A DNA stretch of 64,000 nt from an uncultured Verrucomicrobiae bacterium (GTDB lineage: Bacteria > Verrucomicrobiota > Verrucomicrobiia > Chthoniobacterales > JAFAMB01): positions 512,001 through 576,000 of the forward strand of contig CAVXLD010000003.1 of the NCBI GenBank assembly GCA_963762565.1, written 5' to 3'. The notes under the pieces were generated by a model. The model was not told where the DNA came from and did no database searches. It saw only the letters and a list, made by a program, of their open reading frames with translations. Made by a program: the position numbers and the translations under genes. Positions 1 to 10,179 of the stretch are shown piece by piece (positions within the stretch are counted from its first letter, which is position 1; every line of letters begins with the position of its first letter).

Positions 1-428
1 ATACCGAACAGGAAGACAACCAGCCAGAGATAACTGGGGCTCACTACAAGAAGGCACAGGAAGATCATGAAGATGAACATCTCGATAACGAACATCCGCT
101 TCCGACCAAAATGGTCCGACAAGCTGCCAAGACCGACCGCGCCGACCAGGATGCCAAATAGGCTCGCTGCACCGACGACGCCATGTTGGGCAGGGCTCAT
201 CCGGAACTCATCAGAAATGAGCGGCATCGCGACACCGGTCATGAAAACGACTAACCCTTCGAAGAATTTCCCGGCGGCCGCTAGTGTCCAGATACGCCAT
301 TGCATGCCGGTCATTGGCGTCGTCTGCAGCACGGTGCCATCGCGCCATACTGGCGTTTCGTCGATGTACTCTTGGACCGATTTCGGGCCCACCGCCGCCC
401 CAAGGTCTCCGGGCAACCCACTGTTCAT
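1..428 (-). CDS. MFS transporter (sugar porter/aromatic acid-like), N-terminal part; runs off the window start
   Basis: Manual translation from ATG 428: ...WRIWTLAAAGKFFEGLVVFMTGVAMP...GSLSDHFGRKRMF (MFS motif A). Absent from the ORF track because it is truncated. Confidence 0.85.
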   Translation of the reverse strand, partial: MNSGLPGDLGAAVGPKSVQEYIDETPVWRDGTVLQTTPMTGMQWRIWTLAAAGKFFEGLVVFMTGVAMPLISDEFRMSPAQHGVVGAASLFGILVGAVGLGSLSDHFGRKRMFVIEMFIFMIFLCLLVVSPSYLWLVVFLFG

Positions 429-612
429 GGTAGTCGGCTCCGTTATTACTGAGGCGCCGCCAACACGTCAATCCTAGATGTGGAAGAGCACTTTCTACGA
501 TAAGTGGAACAGTACCAATGACTAAAGAACAAGGTCTCCCTCACTTAAAAGCGTGCTCGCTGGAACGCCCAATCCAATTTTCTCTCTCCAATCCTGATGG
601 TACTGATCTGCG

Positions 613-1749
613 ATGTCCAACCAGTTTGAGGTAATTGTAGTAGGTGTCGGTGCCATGGGCGCTTGTACGTGCTTTCATTTGGCGCGTCGCGGCCTTCGCG
701 TCCTTGGCTTAGAGCAGTTTGGCATTCCGAACACCCTTGGGAGTTCGCATGGCGATACGCGAGCCATCCGTTTAGCATATTACGAGCACCCAGATTACGT
801 CCCCCTTCTACGTCGTTCATATCATCTTTGGCGAGAAGCTGAATCACTATCTGGTCAGAAGCTTTTGTATATAACAGGCGGTCTGTATCTGGGACAGTCG
901 GAATCAGATCTTGTAACTGGATCAATAAGATCAGCCGAAACGTTCGATCTGCCGTATGAGAAATTGGATCGTTCGATGGTGGCAGATCGATTTCCGCAAT
1001 TTGAAGTGCCAGAAGAGTACACTGGGATATATGAGCCGGAAGGCGGTCTGCTTCGGCCAGAACTATCGATATCGGTCAACACGGGTTTGGCGATACGTCA
1101 CGGTGCGGAAATCCACGGTTGCGAGAAGGTTCTAGACTGGAAGACTACTGGTTCAGGAGCGACAGTGAAGACAGATCGCGCTATCTATCAAGCAAGGCGG
1201 CTGATCTTTTGTGGTGGTGCCTGGACCGGTAAGCTGATGTTGGACATCGGCGTTAACGTAAAAGTAACCCGACAAATTGTTGGCTGGGTTTGGCCAAGAA
1301 AACCTGAGCAATTTGAGCTTGGACGCTTTCCGATATGGGCGATCGCCCATGAAAATCAGGCTCTGCATTACGGCTTTCCGATGCTCTCTGATAGACCTGG
1401 GGTCAAAGTCGCACATCACTCGCCTGGGATTCTGACAGACCCAGATTTGTGCGTGCGTAGCGCAACCCTTGGTGATGAAAATGACTTTCTGCCCGCGCTT
1501 AAGCGATTTTTGCCGGATGCAAGCGGGCCATTGCTTTCGATGTCTGTCTGTCTCTACGAAAATAGTCCCGACTCACACTTTATTATCGACCGCTATCAGA
1601 ATTCCGACTCTGTGTTCGTCGCTTGCGGTTTCAGCGGCCACGGCTTTAAATTTGCTACAGTAGTGGGAGAAGCCTTAGCGGATCTTGCCGAACATGGGCA
1701 GACTCAACTTCCAATTGGATTCCTAGGTTTGCACCGATTTGGAATTTAG
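613..1749 (+). CDS. solA: N-methyl-L-tryptophan oxidase / monomeric sarcosine oxidase family FAD oxidoreductase
   Basis: GVGAMG FAD motif, GSSHGDTRAIRLAY, C-terminal CLYENSPD and GFSGHGFKF. Confidence 0.9.
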   Translation: MSNQFEVIVVGVGAMGACTCFHLARRGLRVLGLEQFGIPNTLGSSHGDTRAIRLAYYEHPDYVPLLRRSYHLWREAESLSGQKLLYITGGLYLGQSESDLVTGSIRSAETFDLPYEKLDRSMVADRFPQFEVPEEYTGIYEPEGGLLRPELSISVNTGLAIRHGAEIHGCEKVLDWKTTGSGATVKTDRAIYQARRLIFCGGAWTGKLMLDIGVNVKVTRQIVGWVWPRKPEQFELGRFPIWAIAHENQALHYGFPMLSDRPGVKVAHHSPGILTDPDLCVRSATLGDENDFLPALKRFLPDASGPLLSMSVCLYENSPDSHFIIDRYQNSDSVFVACGFSGHGFKFATVVGEALADLAEHGQTQLPIGFLGLHRFGI

Positions 1750-1785
1750 TGTCCTGTCCCATAAATAACGTGGCTTTCGTTGCGA

Positions 1786-2295
1786 TCAAAATTTAAATGC
1801 GTCACGCGTTGCTGACATAATTGCTGCCAAACCTTGCCTTAAGCTTTCATCAAGATTTCCCTTGCGAAATTGTGGTGCGAAATCCTCAGCGATGATTTGC
1901 GCGCATAAGGCGTTAGGAAGGGCTCCTTTCTCGAAACCTCGTCCAGTATGAATCCTAATTCTTCCTTCCTTGAGCGATAAAAGCACCAGGACACCGTTGT
2001 CCTTCCCTTGTTGACCAATCTTAGCTGCGTGAAACAGCTTCTGCGCATAATCATCAAAAACCAGATCAGGCGGCCAATCCGGGAAGATTACAACCAGAAT
2101 CTGGTTAGACGTTTCTCGTTCAAAATTAGCCAAAGCGTGGTTCAAGCTGGCCGCTGTGGCCGGTTTCAGTACCTGACTCTAGTCGTTAAAATATTGCGTC
2201 GGCAGATGTATCAAAAGGTCGCTCGGGGTGATCGCCAAACAGGCGGAGCAGAGTGCGACCAGCATCAAGAAGGCACGCGGCACAGCCGTGATCAT
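1786..2295 (-). pseudogene. TPM-domain (YgcG-like) secreted protein with an in-frame TAG
   Basis: ATG 2295 gives a signal peptide, then YFND*SQVL (TAG at 2179-2181), continuing in frame into FERETSNQILVV...KIGQQGKDNGVLVLL. Confidence 0.7.
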
Positions 2296-2360
2296 ATATT
2301 TTTGCTGCGGTTCAAACGGTTTACTGACGCTGTGGCCCGGACGCAGAGTCAGCTGAAAGT

Positions 2361-2413
2361 AGGGTCACGTCTTAACAAGCAACATTTAAGGTGGATTGGT
2401 TGTGACTTGTTAA
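2361..2413. repeat. Left copy of the 43-bp direct repeat (2371-2413) plus the outer inverted-repeat arm
   Basis: cttaacaagcaacatttaaggtggattggttgtgacttgttaa is identical at 4041-4083. Confidence 0.9.
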
Positions 2414-4041
2414 AGGGGCTGTTGCCCAATAGCGCCTAATTAGTATGAGGATTTTGGGTTAGTAATTGGAAGGTTTGGCGAAGGGTTAGCTTGGCAAGAA
2501 GGAGGTTGAAATCGGGTGAAGGAGCCGGGTGAGCCAGCGGAGCAACTGAGTAAGGCGATAGGCTAGCGCAGGGTTGGTTTGGGAGAGATGCCTGAGGAGT
2601 TTTCTCAGGTTCTGTACCGTAGCAATGAGTAAGTCTTGGATAGCTTGCTTCCAAAGTCCACGCCAACGAGAACGCTTGAGCCCATGACGATTGGCGGCGT
2701 CGGCAAAGCTCCTTTCCATGAGATGTTGGCGGCGTTTAAGGTCGGCTTTAGCAGCCTTGGAGTTAGCAATTTTGCGAGCCTTTTCTAACCAGGCTTGATC
2801 CCGATGGCGGTGAATGGTGCGTCCGGTGCGGGAACGAGTGCACAAGGCGCGCAGCTTGCACACTAAACAGGTCCCCTTGGCGGTGACATATTCCCAGGTC
2901 AAGCGCTTGGGGTGTAAGCGCCTGGCTTTCATGATCTGCTTGGCGGGACAGAGATAGGTATTAGTCTGTGCATCGTATCTAAAATGCTCGTCGGAATAAA
3001 TGCCCTCGCTTCGTCCCTTACCTCGGATCGACTCCCCCAGCAGCTTCACATGGGCTTTAATCCCCGCTTTTTGACAGCTAATCAGGTTGCTGACGCTGCC
3101 GTAACGCGCATCAGCAATCACAGTTCGCACTGCTTGATCGGTAGTATCTTCATGAGCTTCAATGAGCCTCAACAGTTGCGAGGCTTCGTCGACCGCACCG
3201 GTGGTGGTCTCTACGGCGGTGATGATCTCATGGGCATCGTCGACTACTCGATGAGTCTTATAGCGTAAGCGGCTCTTTAGGCCGGCGTGTCGAACTAGAG
3301 TCGCATCCGGGTCGGTCGTACTGCGGAACTGGCGATTGGTAGATTTGGAGTATTGGCCAATGGCAGAACCGCCGCTGCCGCTGTCCCCTGATGGCGGATC
3401 TTGGTCTTGGTCGTGTTCATCGAGCTTTTGCACTTGCTCTTTGGCAGTTTGCTCGATGGCATTGAGCGTCTCCGCAGACAGGGGCTTAACTGAACCCAGA
3501 TTGGCATCGGCCTCCACTAGGCTCGCATCCACGTGGATCTTACGGCCTTCTACCAGACCAGCCTCCACGCACTGCTGCACTACCCGGCTAAATAGCGAGA
3601 CAAACACTTCTTTACCCCAGCGCTTGCGCGCCTTGCTCAACACACTGTGGTCGGGAATCTGATCGTCTAGCCCATAGCCAAGAAACCAAAGGTAATCCAG
3701 CCGTTCAGGGATGATGCGCATCAGCTCCCGCTCGCTCTTGATATCATCCAAGAATAACAACAACATCATCCGGACAATCACTTCGGGCGGAACCGACTTG
3801 TTGCCTCTTCGCCCATAAGTGTGCGCTACCTCCTTACGCACAAAACTCAAATCTAACGCCGCCCTGATCCGCCGCAGTGGATGATCGTTAAATAAAAATC
3901 CCGCACCCGCTTATCTAAATTGACCCGATAGCTCCAGATCGGAACCTGCGAGTCTTCTTCGTCCATCATGGGAACAATACACTATCAAATCTGTAACCAG
4001 CAAAGCAATACTATAATGGTTATTAATTGGGCAACACGCCC
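2414..4041 (-). mobile_element. IS1182-family insertion sequence
   Basis: Terminal IRs ggggctgttgcccaat (2415-2430) and attgggcaacacgccc (4026-4041) enclose a DDE transposase; flanked by 43-bp direct repeats. Confidence 0.85.
2486..3969 (-). pseudogene. IS1182-family transposase, frameshifted near the N-terminus
   Basis: MMDEEDSQVPIWSYRVNLDKRVR (from 3969) is out of frame with NDHPLRRIRAALDLSFVR...SERELMR...PDHSVLS...VDAS...ADARYGS...ERSFADA; the break is at about 3890-3900. Confidence 0.85.
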
Positions 4042-4094
4042 TTAACAAGCAACATTTAAGGTGGATTGGTTGTGACTTGTTAAGATATGACCCT
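4041..4094. repeat. Right copy of the 43-bp direct repeat plus the outer inverted-repeat arm
   Basis: cttgttaagatatgaccct (4076-4094) is the reverse complement of agggtcacgtcttaacaag (2361-2379) with 2 mismatches. Confidence 0.9.
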
Positions 4095-4134
4095 GACATG
4101 CCTCCCCAATTCGGCCAGCATTCCATTGCGTCAA

Positions 4135-4410
4135 TCACCACTTCCCATAGTTAGTAACTGTACCAGCGTAGTCTTTGAGATAAAGATGGTCGTCGATGCA
4201 CTGCGCTTCAAACAGAGTTTTGCCGTGGTTATCGACCAGGGTTAAGTGGGGGGTCCGCACTTCGGCAGCGGTGACGATGGACGCTGAGTGATTCGTGGCT
4301 GCGATGGAGGCGAAGCCAACAATTGCGCAAAGCGCGACGATCAAAATGCGATTGTGCCGTTCAAGACGGTGAAGCCGGGCTCGGATTTCTACTAAGGTAT
4401 CGTTGTTCAC
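4135..4410 (-). CDS. Hypothetical membrane-anchored protein
   Basis: 91-aa ORF with a coiled-coil-like N-terminus (RLHRLERHNR) followed by a TM helix. Confidence 0.6.
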   Translation of the reverse strand: MNNDTLVEIRARLHRLERHNRILIVALCAIVGFASIAATNHSASIVTAAEVRTPHLTLVDNHGKTLFEAQCIDDHLYLKDYAGTVTNYGKW

Positions 4411-4563
4411 TGAGCGAGTTTAGCTAGAGCTTGGAACACATGGAATGGCAATTTGAGCGGTCGCCTGAAAGTGACGACGGCGGCTTAGGCGGACGCGCTC
4501 TTAAAGCATTTCGGTTGTAGCATTTCCAGGCTCGACGCAATACACTGCGCGGATTTAGCGGCA

Positions 4564-6127
4564 ATGCACCACATCAATAAGACCAAACAGACTGCAGCGA
4601 GCGGCGCCTGGCTCACCACTGATCTCGCGAATAAAGAGGACGAGGGATCCCTCCGTGGCGGCCGCGGACTGCAGCCGAAAACCAACCCTAAAACGTCGAG
4701 GATTCTTGGTTCGGCTTGTGTGCTCGTCGCGACAGTCGTCTTTGCGATCTTTATCACGGGCTGTGCCGCTTATGGTCCTTATCACGCGAATACATCGGGT
4801 GAACCTTTCAACTCGGTAAGAGGACCTAAAGACGGTCGCTACAAACTGGCAATAATCGAATTCGGGGATCAAGGCTCGATGTTGGATCCATCGCAATTAG
4901 CGGCTGCTCTCCAAGTCATCGATAAAGCGGACCGTCCACTGCTCTTCGTTTACATCCACGGCTGGCAAAACAACGCCGTTTCCAGGGATGTTTGCCGGTT
5001 CGAACATTTTATCGATACCGTATCGGGTTTTCCCGAGATGACAGGCCGAAAGATTAACGTGATCGGCGTCTATATCGCATGGCGGGGCAAAGACGTGACT
5101 GTGCCCGGGTTGAATTTACTCACGTTCTGGAGCCGCAAAGCTACCGGTCAAACCGTAGCCTCGCAAAACAGCTGTTTAGCCGCCATCAGCGAGATCGCCT
5201 TAACTGCTCGCTCGCCAGCTAAGAAATATCATCATTGTGTGCTGCTAGGTCATTCTTTTGGCGGACTGGTACTAGGGAATACAATTTCCCACTCCATTCT
5301 CGATGCGAGCAGCAACGGCGTCCGCAATTCCAGCCCATGGGACAATGGCGGTGATATTCAATTCAGCGGATAGTTCTATTGGGGCTCGGCAATTGATGTC
5401 GGAACTGAATTACCTTTATAAATATGACGAAAAACGGCATGCCTATGTAGCTCGAACATCTCTAGAAAGCGGTACGGTTATAGAGGAAAACCATCCCTTC
5501 CTGACCATCTTGCAATCAGAAAACGATGAGGCGACCGGCGCCTACTTCCCCGTCGGTACGACGCTTTACAACACCCTCAATCTTAGGTTTCATTGGGATA
5601 AGGTATCAGTGCCCGGCCGGCACGGAACCAAAGTATCTGAAGAGGTGTTCGACACTCGGACGCCCGGCAACAACCCATACCTAGTCAATTTCCACGTTGT
5701 GCCTCTTGGAGAAACGACTGCGCCAAGCGATCTAAGGGCAAAGGAGAATAGGGCGTTCGAAGCCAATATCAGGGAAAACATCAAAGACAGAATCTTTTAC
5801 ACCAGCGAGCGTAACGACGGCCACGAAGACCGTTTCTGCCGGAACGGTGACTATAATCCGGACGAGGAGAGGCCATCTACCGGCAAAGAAATTTGGCGAC
5901 GCTGGCAATTCGTTTATTCGGGTAATGCCCGTCAACCCTTCTGGATTGTCAGGGTGCCAAAGGATATCATTTGGGGTCACCGCGGACTTTGGAGTGACAA
6001 CTCCGTAGCCATGTTGGCAGCCCTTTTCCGCATGCAGTTCCCGCTAACAGAAGGACGAGTTGTGCTACCTCCGCAGCGCGCCACGGTTCCAGGGTCTTCG
6101 GACCGGCAAGAGATGAACCAGGATTAG
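4564..6127 (+). pseudogene. Alpha/beta-hydrolase-fold lipoprotein-like protein split by a 1-nt frameshift
   Basis: YIHGWQNN and GHSFGG nucleophile elbow in ORF 4564-5373; the sequence continues in another frame (ORF 5303-6127) after gacaatggcg at about 5341-5350. Confidence 0.65.
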
Positions 6128-6145
6128 CGGCAGAGAGGAAAACCT

Positions 6146-7219
6146 ATGTCCCATCATTTCGATACCAAACTTTCGAAAGAGGATCCAAGCCTGAACGTGT
6201 GTGATTTCTATCTGTTTCAGGGCGCTCCCGACACAACGGTGATGGCGATGACCGTCAATCCTGATGTTATCCTCTCTGGACCGGATACCCTTCACATTGA
6301 GGGTTTGTATGCCTTCCGCCTGGACCTGACTGGTGACGCTCGCGAAGACGTTGTCTTCAAGTTCAGGTTCAACGAACCGAGACATGTGAATGGGGACGAG
6401 CATGTCCATGTTCAGAAGTTTCAGGTTCGTAGAGCCACTGGCGAGGCTATTGGCGGGGAGAAGGGCGACCTTCTGATAGAAGGGGACACGGGCAAAGTCC
6501 ATAGCCAGTCCGGTGTTCGCGCCTTCGTCGGAATCGCTCCCGATCTGTTCGCTGCTGCCGCTGTCGCAACGCGTGATCTTCAGAATGCCTTTTACAACGA
6601 ACACAGGTTTGACGGCGATGCGTTCCTGCGCCATCGCCAGAACTTCTTCTACCATCGCAATATCACTGCGATTGTTCTCGAAGTCCCAAACCAACTGATC
6701 GGCAAGGGAACGGTCCACGCCTGGGCCACCGTGTCACTTTACGGCCATGCTCCCGAGGTGCAGGTGTCACGCTGGGGCCTGCCGATGGTCACGCACCTCT
6801 TTCTCAACGATCCCGGCAACCAAGAGGTGAAAGAGACCTTCAACAAATCGGCGCCATCAGATGACATCGCTTTATTCTCGGGATACATCGCAGACTATAC
6901 CCAGAAGATGACTACCTACGCCGGATCTGTCACGAACCCGGAAGAATACGGAAAGGAAGTGGTCGCTCGACTATGCCCGAACACCTTGCCCTATGAATTA
7001 GGAACGGTAGCTGCATTTAATGTCGCGGGATTCAATGGGAGGCCACTGGGTGATGATGTTATGGATGTGATGCTTACATTGGCGACAAACAGGGAGCTCC
7101 AGCACGGCGCGGCCCCTGATCGCAATCGGATCCGGAGCGAGTTCCCATATTTTGGTGAGCCCTATTCGAAGGAAGAACAGAAGGATGTCGTACCATGGCA
7201 TCCACGTCGTAGTCATTGA
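6146..7219 (+). CDS. DUF4331 family protein
   Basis: N-terminal MSHHFD...DFYLF...MTVNP and C-terminal NGRPLGDDVMD...FPYFGEP. Confidence 0.85.
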   Translation: MSHHFDTKLSKEDPSLNVCDFYLFQGAPDTTVMAMTVNPDVILSGPDTLHIEGLYAFRLDLTGDAREDVVFKFRFNEPRHVNGDEHVHVQKFQVRRATGEAIGGEKGDLLIEGDTGKVHSQSGVRAFVGIAPDLFAAAAVATRDLQNAFYNEHRFDGDAFLRHRQNFFYHRNITAIVLEVPNQLIGKGTVHAWATVSLYGHAPEVQVSRWGLPMVTHLFLNDPGNQEVKETFNKSAPSDDIALFSGYIADYTQKMTTYAGSVTNPEEYGKEVVARLCPNTLPYELGTVAAFNVAGFNGRPLGDDVMDVMLTLATNRELQHGAAPDRNRIRSEFPYFGEPYSKEEQKDVVPWHPRRSH

Positions 7220-7291
7220 GATTCCGGAAGCAAAGCTAAAGGCTACAAGGTCTCGTGATTGGGGACACCTCACGAGGGGTTGTTGCCCAAA

Positions 7292-7735
7292 TCACGCCAA
7301 TCTGTCGCTGACGTTGATCTCGTGGCAGATGACAGCGCTGTTTGTCCATTGAACTCCTGCTCGCGCCCGAAGCGTCTCGATCACGCGCACGAGGTCGGAC
7401 TGATCCCGGCACGCGACTCGAACGCGAAAGTCGAAATCGCCCGTCACAATCGCGGCGCTCACGATCCCAGGAATCTTCGCCACCTCAGTCTCAAAATTCT
7501 GCGCGCTCCTCCCAGGCTGGAGTCTCACATCGATGTACGCCTCCACAGCATAACCTAAGTGCGGCCAGTTCACCACCGCACCAAAGCCGCCTATCACCCC
7601 GCTCGACTGCATTCGGCGAACGCGTTCCGCCGTAGCATTCGGACTTAGGTGGATGCGTTCGCCTAGATCGCGGAAGCTAATCCGCCCGTCGCTAACCAGG
7701 CTTCGGATGATCTTGCGGTCAATTTCATCGATCAC
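7292..7735 (-). CDS. Lrp/AsnC family transcriptional regulator
   Basis: IDEIDRKII...DGRISF..LGERIHLS.....ERVRRM HTH; VTGDFDF ligand domain. Confidence 0.9.
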   Translation of the reverse strand: MIDEIDRKIIRSLVSDGRISFRDLGERIHLSPNATAERVRRMQSSGVIGGFGAVVNWPHLGYAVEAYIDVRLQPGRSAQNFETEVAKIPGIVSAAIVTGDFDFRVRVACRDQSDLVRVIETLRARAGVQWTNSAVICHEINVSDRLA

Positions 7736-7902
7736 CGAAGTTTCCTCCGTCCAAAGTGCTCACCAGTCTTCGAGACCGCGCGAACCACTGTTCTTTAGTA
7801 GAATGAATAATAATAGTCTGCATTCTGTATCCATTCAGTATAATAGATTCAAAAATACTCTGTCTACAGATTTAAACACTGGGTGGAGGAGAGTGAGATC
7901 CA

Positions 7903-8817
7903 TTGCCTAAGAAAGTTCCAATAGCAATCCTGGCAGCCACGATCGCGTGTTCGTCCCAGCTGCAGGCTCAGGTGCGCGTCGGCCCGCAGGTTCCCGAGCC
8001 GGCAAGCATCAAGGTGCCCGCGGATGGCGTTACGGTCCCGATGCAGGACATGGGAGGAAGGCCGGTAGTCGAACTGAGAATCAACGGAAAGGGGCCGTTT
8101 CCCTTTATCCTCGACACGGGCGCAACAATGACGGTGATCAGTGAGGAATTGAGCCGCCAGTTGTCATTGTCGGCACCAGGGGACATGCACGTGGTCGCAA
8201 GGGGCGCTGGAACGCCGCCGCGGATCGTCGCTATTCACGAAGTTCGCATCGGCAACGCGGTGCTGGAAGATGTGATTGCGGGCATGATGCCTTCGGGTGC
8301 ATTTTCCGTAGGCGGAGACGCTCCCCGCGGCGTTTTGACCGCTGCAAGCTTTCCCGGCTATTTGCTTACCTACGACTATCGCGGCAAACGAATCTCAATC
8401 AAGAAGGGATCGCTCGCGGGAGCCGATTCGAAGAGCATTTTTCAATACAGCGAAGACCACCTTTTGCCCACCGTTCCGATTCGGGTTGCCGGCCATGACA
8501 CGCAAGTCGACTTGGACACAGGCTCTCCCTATGGACTGACGCTTCCAGTGAAGTTCCTTACGGAGCTGCCCCTGGCGACGGAGCCGAAGGAATCCGGCAA
8601 AGTGCGCACGGGCGGCGGGGGCGAGTTCCCGGTTTCGATTGCGCGCGTGCACGGGGTGATCGAAGTGGGCAAGTATAAGCTTGACGCTGGAGAGGTGAGC
8701 TTCAGCGATGCACGCCCTGGTCCTGGCCCTTCCACGGGTAATATCGGATACGAAGTATTGCGTCATTTCGTGGTGACTATCGATTCGAAAAACCGGCGTA
8801 TCGAGCTGGACCAGTAG
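7903..8817 (+). CDS. Secreted retropepsin-like aspartyl protease (two domains)
   Basis: Signal peptide; FILDTGA and LDTGS motifs; C-terminal GNIGYEVL. Confidence 0.85.
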   Translation: MPKKVPIAILAATIACSSQLQAQVRVGPQVPEPASIKVPADGVTVPMQDMGGRPVVELRINGKGPFPFILDTGATMTVISEELSRQLSLSAPGDMHVVARGAGTPPRIVAIHEVRIGNAVLEDVIAGMMPSGAFSVGGDAPRGVLTAASFPGYLLTYDYRGKRISIKKGSLAGADSKSIFQYSEDHLLPTVPIRVAGHDTQVDLDTGSPYGLTLPVKFLTELPLATEPKESGKVRTGGGGEFPVSIARVHGVIEVGKYKLDAGEVSFSDARPGPGPSTGNIGYEVLRHFVVTIDSKNRRIELDQ

Positions 8818-8939
8818 CCTCCGGAATCACACGTGCCTGATCGAACCTCTTGGTCGGAACGTCTTTGCAGGGAGAGAGAATCTTCTATTAACCTACAGGG
8901 TCACGTCTTAACGGTCCGTTGCCGTAATGGTACGGAATC

Positions 8940-9086
8940 GCAAAATTCTACGGCACTAAAGGCAATATTTCAGAAGATCCAGTGGTCATTATGAAAGATG
9001 ATGCTGTTGCTGTTTTTGGATAATGTGCGCAGCGAAAGAGAGTTGATGCGGATTATCCCGGAACGACTCGATTACATGTGGTTTTC
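8940..9086 (+). pseudogene. IS1182 transposase remnant
   Basis: AKFYGTKGNISEDPVVIMK / frameshift / MMLLLFLDNVRSERELMRIIPERLDYMWF, similar to the N-terminus of the transposase at 2486-3969. Confidence 0.85.
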
Positions 9087-9387
9087 GATTTCGACGCGAT
9101 AGATCGAGTTGGCGAGCGAAGTTAATCTGAGGGCCGAGCCACTAAGGAACGGCTCCTTATGAATGATTCTATCCCCATCATGCCCTCGTCCTTTTGCAGT
9201 GAGGTTAGCAGCTGTCTTAAGCTTTGCGCCTTTGCGTCTTTGCCTGAGATTTTCTGTGCTTTGGCTGCGGCTAAGCTGCTTTGTGGCCTTCTGTTTGAAA
9301 GCTGATTGGGCAACGAGCCCTCAAGAAACGACCCTGTTCGCCGGTCCCGGCGATTTGCTATTTGCTGTAGGCGCAGCGCCGGCGCCG

Positions 9388-9699
9388 CTACCAGTATTTC
9401 TCGTCCATCATTCTTCGCCCAACGGCCTCGAGATCGTTTGGCATCAGTTGAACATTGTGCGCCACCTGGACTAGGAATTGGTCGATCGGCATTTTTCGCC
9501 GTTGCTTGCCGGGTCGCTCGGTCTTTTCTTCGCAACCCCTACAAAGAAAAATGGGCTTTAGAACTTTTTCCGGTTCCGCACTAGGAGCCTCCAGAATCGC
9601 GACGCCGTCCTTGTGGTCCTTGATCAGCCCACCGCAACCGTCGCAAGTTATTTCCGGGATTGGATTCCCGGCCTTATCCAACTGAAGTACGATTGCCAT
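9388..9699 (-). CDS. Hypothetical small protein with two CxxC motifs (possible zinc finger)
   Basis: MAIVLQLDKAGNPIPEITCDGCGG...FLCRGCEE; the longer ORF-track start reads through repeats. Confidence 0.6.
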   Translation of the reverse strand: MAIVLQLDKAGNPIPEITCDGCGGLIKDHKDGVAILEAPSAEPEKVLKPIFLCRGCEEKTERPGKQRRKMPIDQFLVQVAHNVQLMPNDLEAVGRRMMDEKYW

Positions 9700-9794
9700 A
9701 TGTGAGCTTACGTTACCCAATTTCATCGGCAACCGGATACCGAAGCTCGGAAACGAACCGCAGCCCCGAAATTCTCCGGGGTGAAATGGACGCA

Positions 9795-9923
9795 GAACCT
9801 GTCGCGCCGTAGGCCTTTGCGGAGGCGGAACCTGTCGCGCCGTAGGCCTTTGCGGAGGCGGAACCTGTCGCGCCGTAGGCTGCGGAGGCGGAACCTGTCG
9901 CGCCGTAGGCCTTTGCGGAGGCG
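9795..9923. repeat. Tandem array of four 30-33 bp hairpin units
   Basis: gaacctgtcgcgccgtaggcctttgcggaggcg at 9795, 9828, 9861 (30 bp) and 9891, with no spacers. Confidence 0.95.
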
Positions 9924-10009
9924 GATTTACGCAGATGATGAGGTCCGGACGACCAATACGGTATAGCGAAACACGCTGCGGATCGTGGAACACTCTGAAA
10001 ACGGGAAAG

Positions 10010-10143
10010 ATCCGCAGATTACACAGATTACGCAGATTTCGTTTTGAGCTTTGATACGGCCGGCCATACAAATAAATCTTTCGTACCGACAAGTTCTCTC
10101 TTGCGCTGTCGCGCGACTCAGATTGAAAGCGAAATCTGCGGTT
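10010..10143. repeat. REPIN-like element family B (ccgcagatt...aatctgcgg arms around a ~95 bp core); other copies at 14950-15129, 21755-21893, 37136-37280
   Basis: Inverted 9-mer repeat arms (cgcagatta)n and (aatctgcg)n. Confidence 0.75.
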
Positions 10144-10179
10144 CGTTTTCTGTTTTCGCGGCTATGGTTGTCTTCGGCG

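Noticed and set aside
67..477. 136-aa plus-strand ORF
   Set aside because: Antisense shadow of the MFS gene.
9795..9923. Possible CRISPR array (33-bp repeats)
   Set aside because: Units are head-to-tail with no unique spacers, and there are no cas genes.
9700..10179. Long N-terminal extensions of ORFs 9388..10092 and 10051..11064
   Set aside because: They are read-throughs of repeats (PPPQRPTARQV, NLRNLCNL); shorter ATG starts were used.
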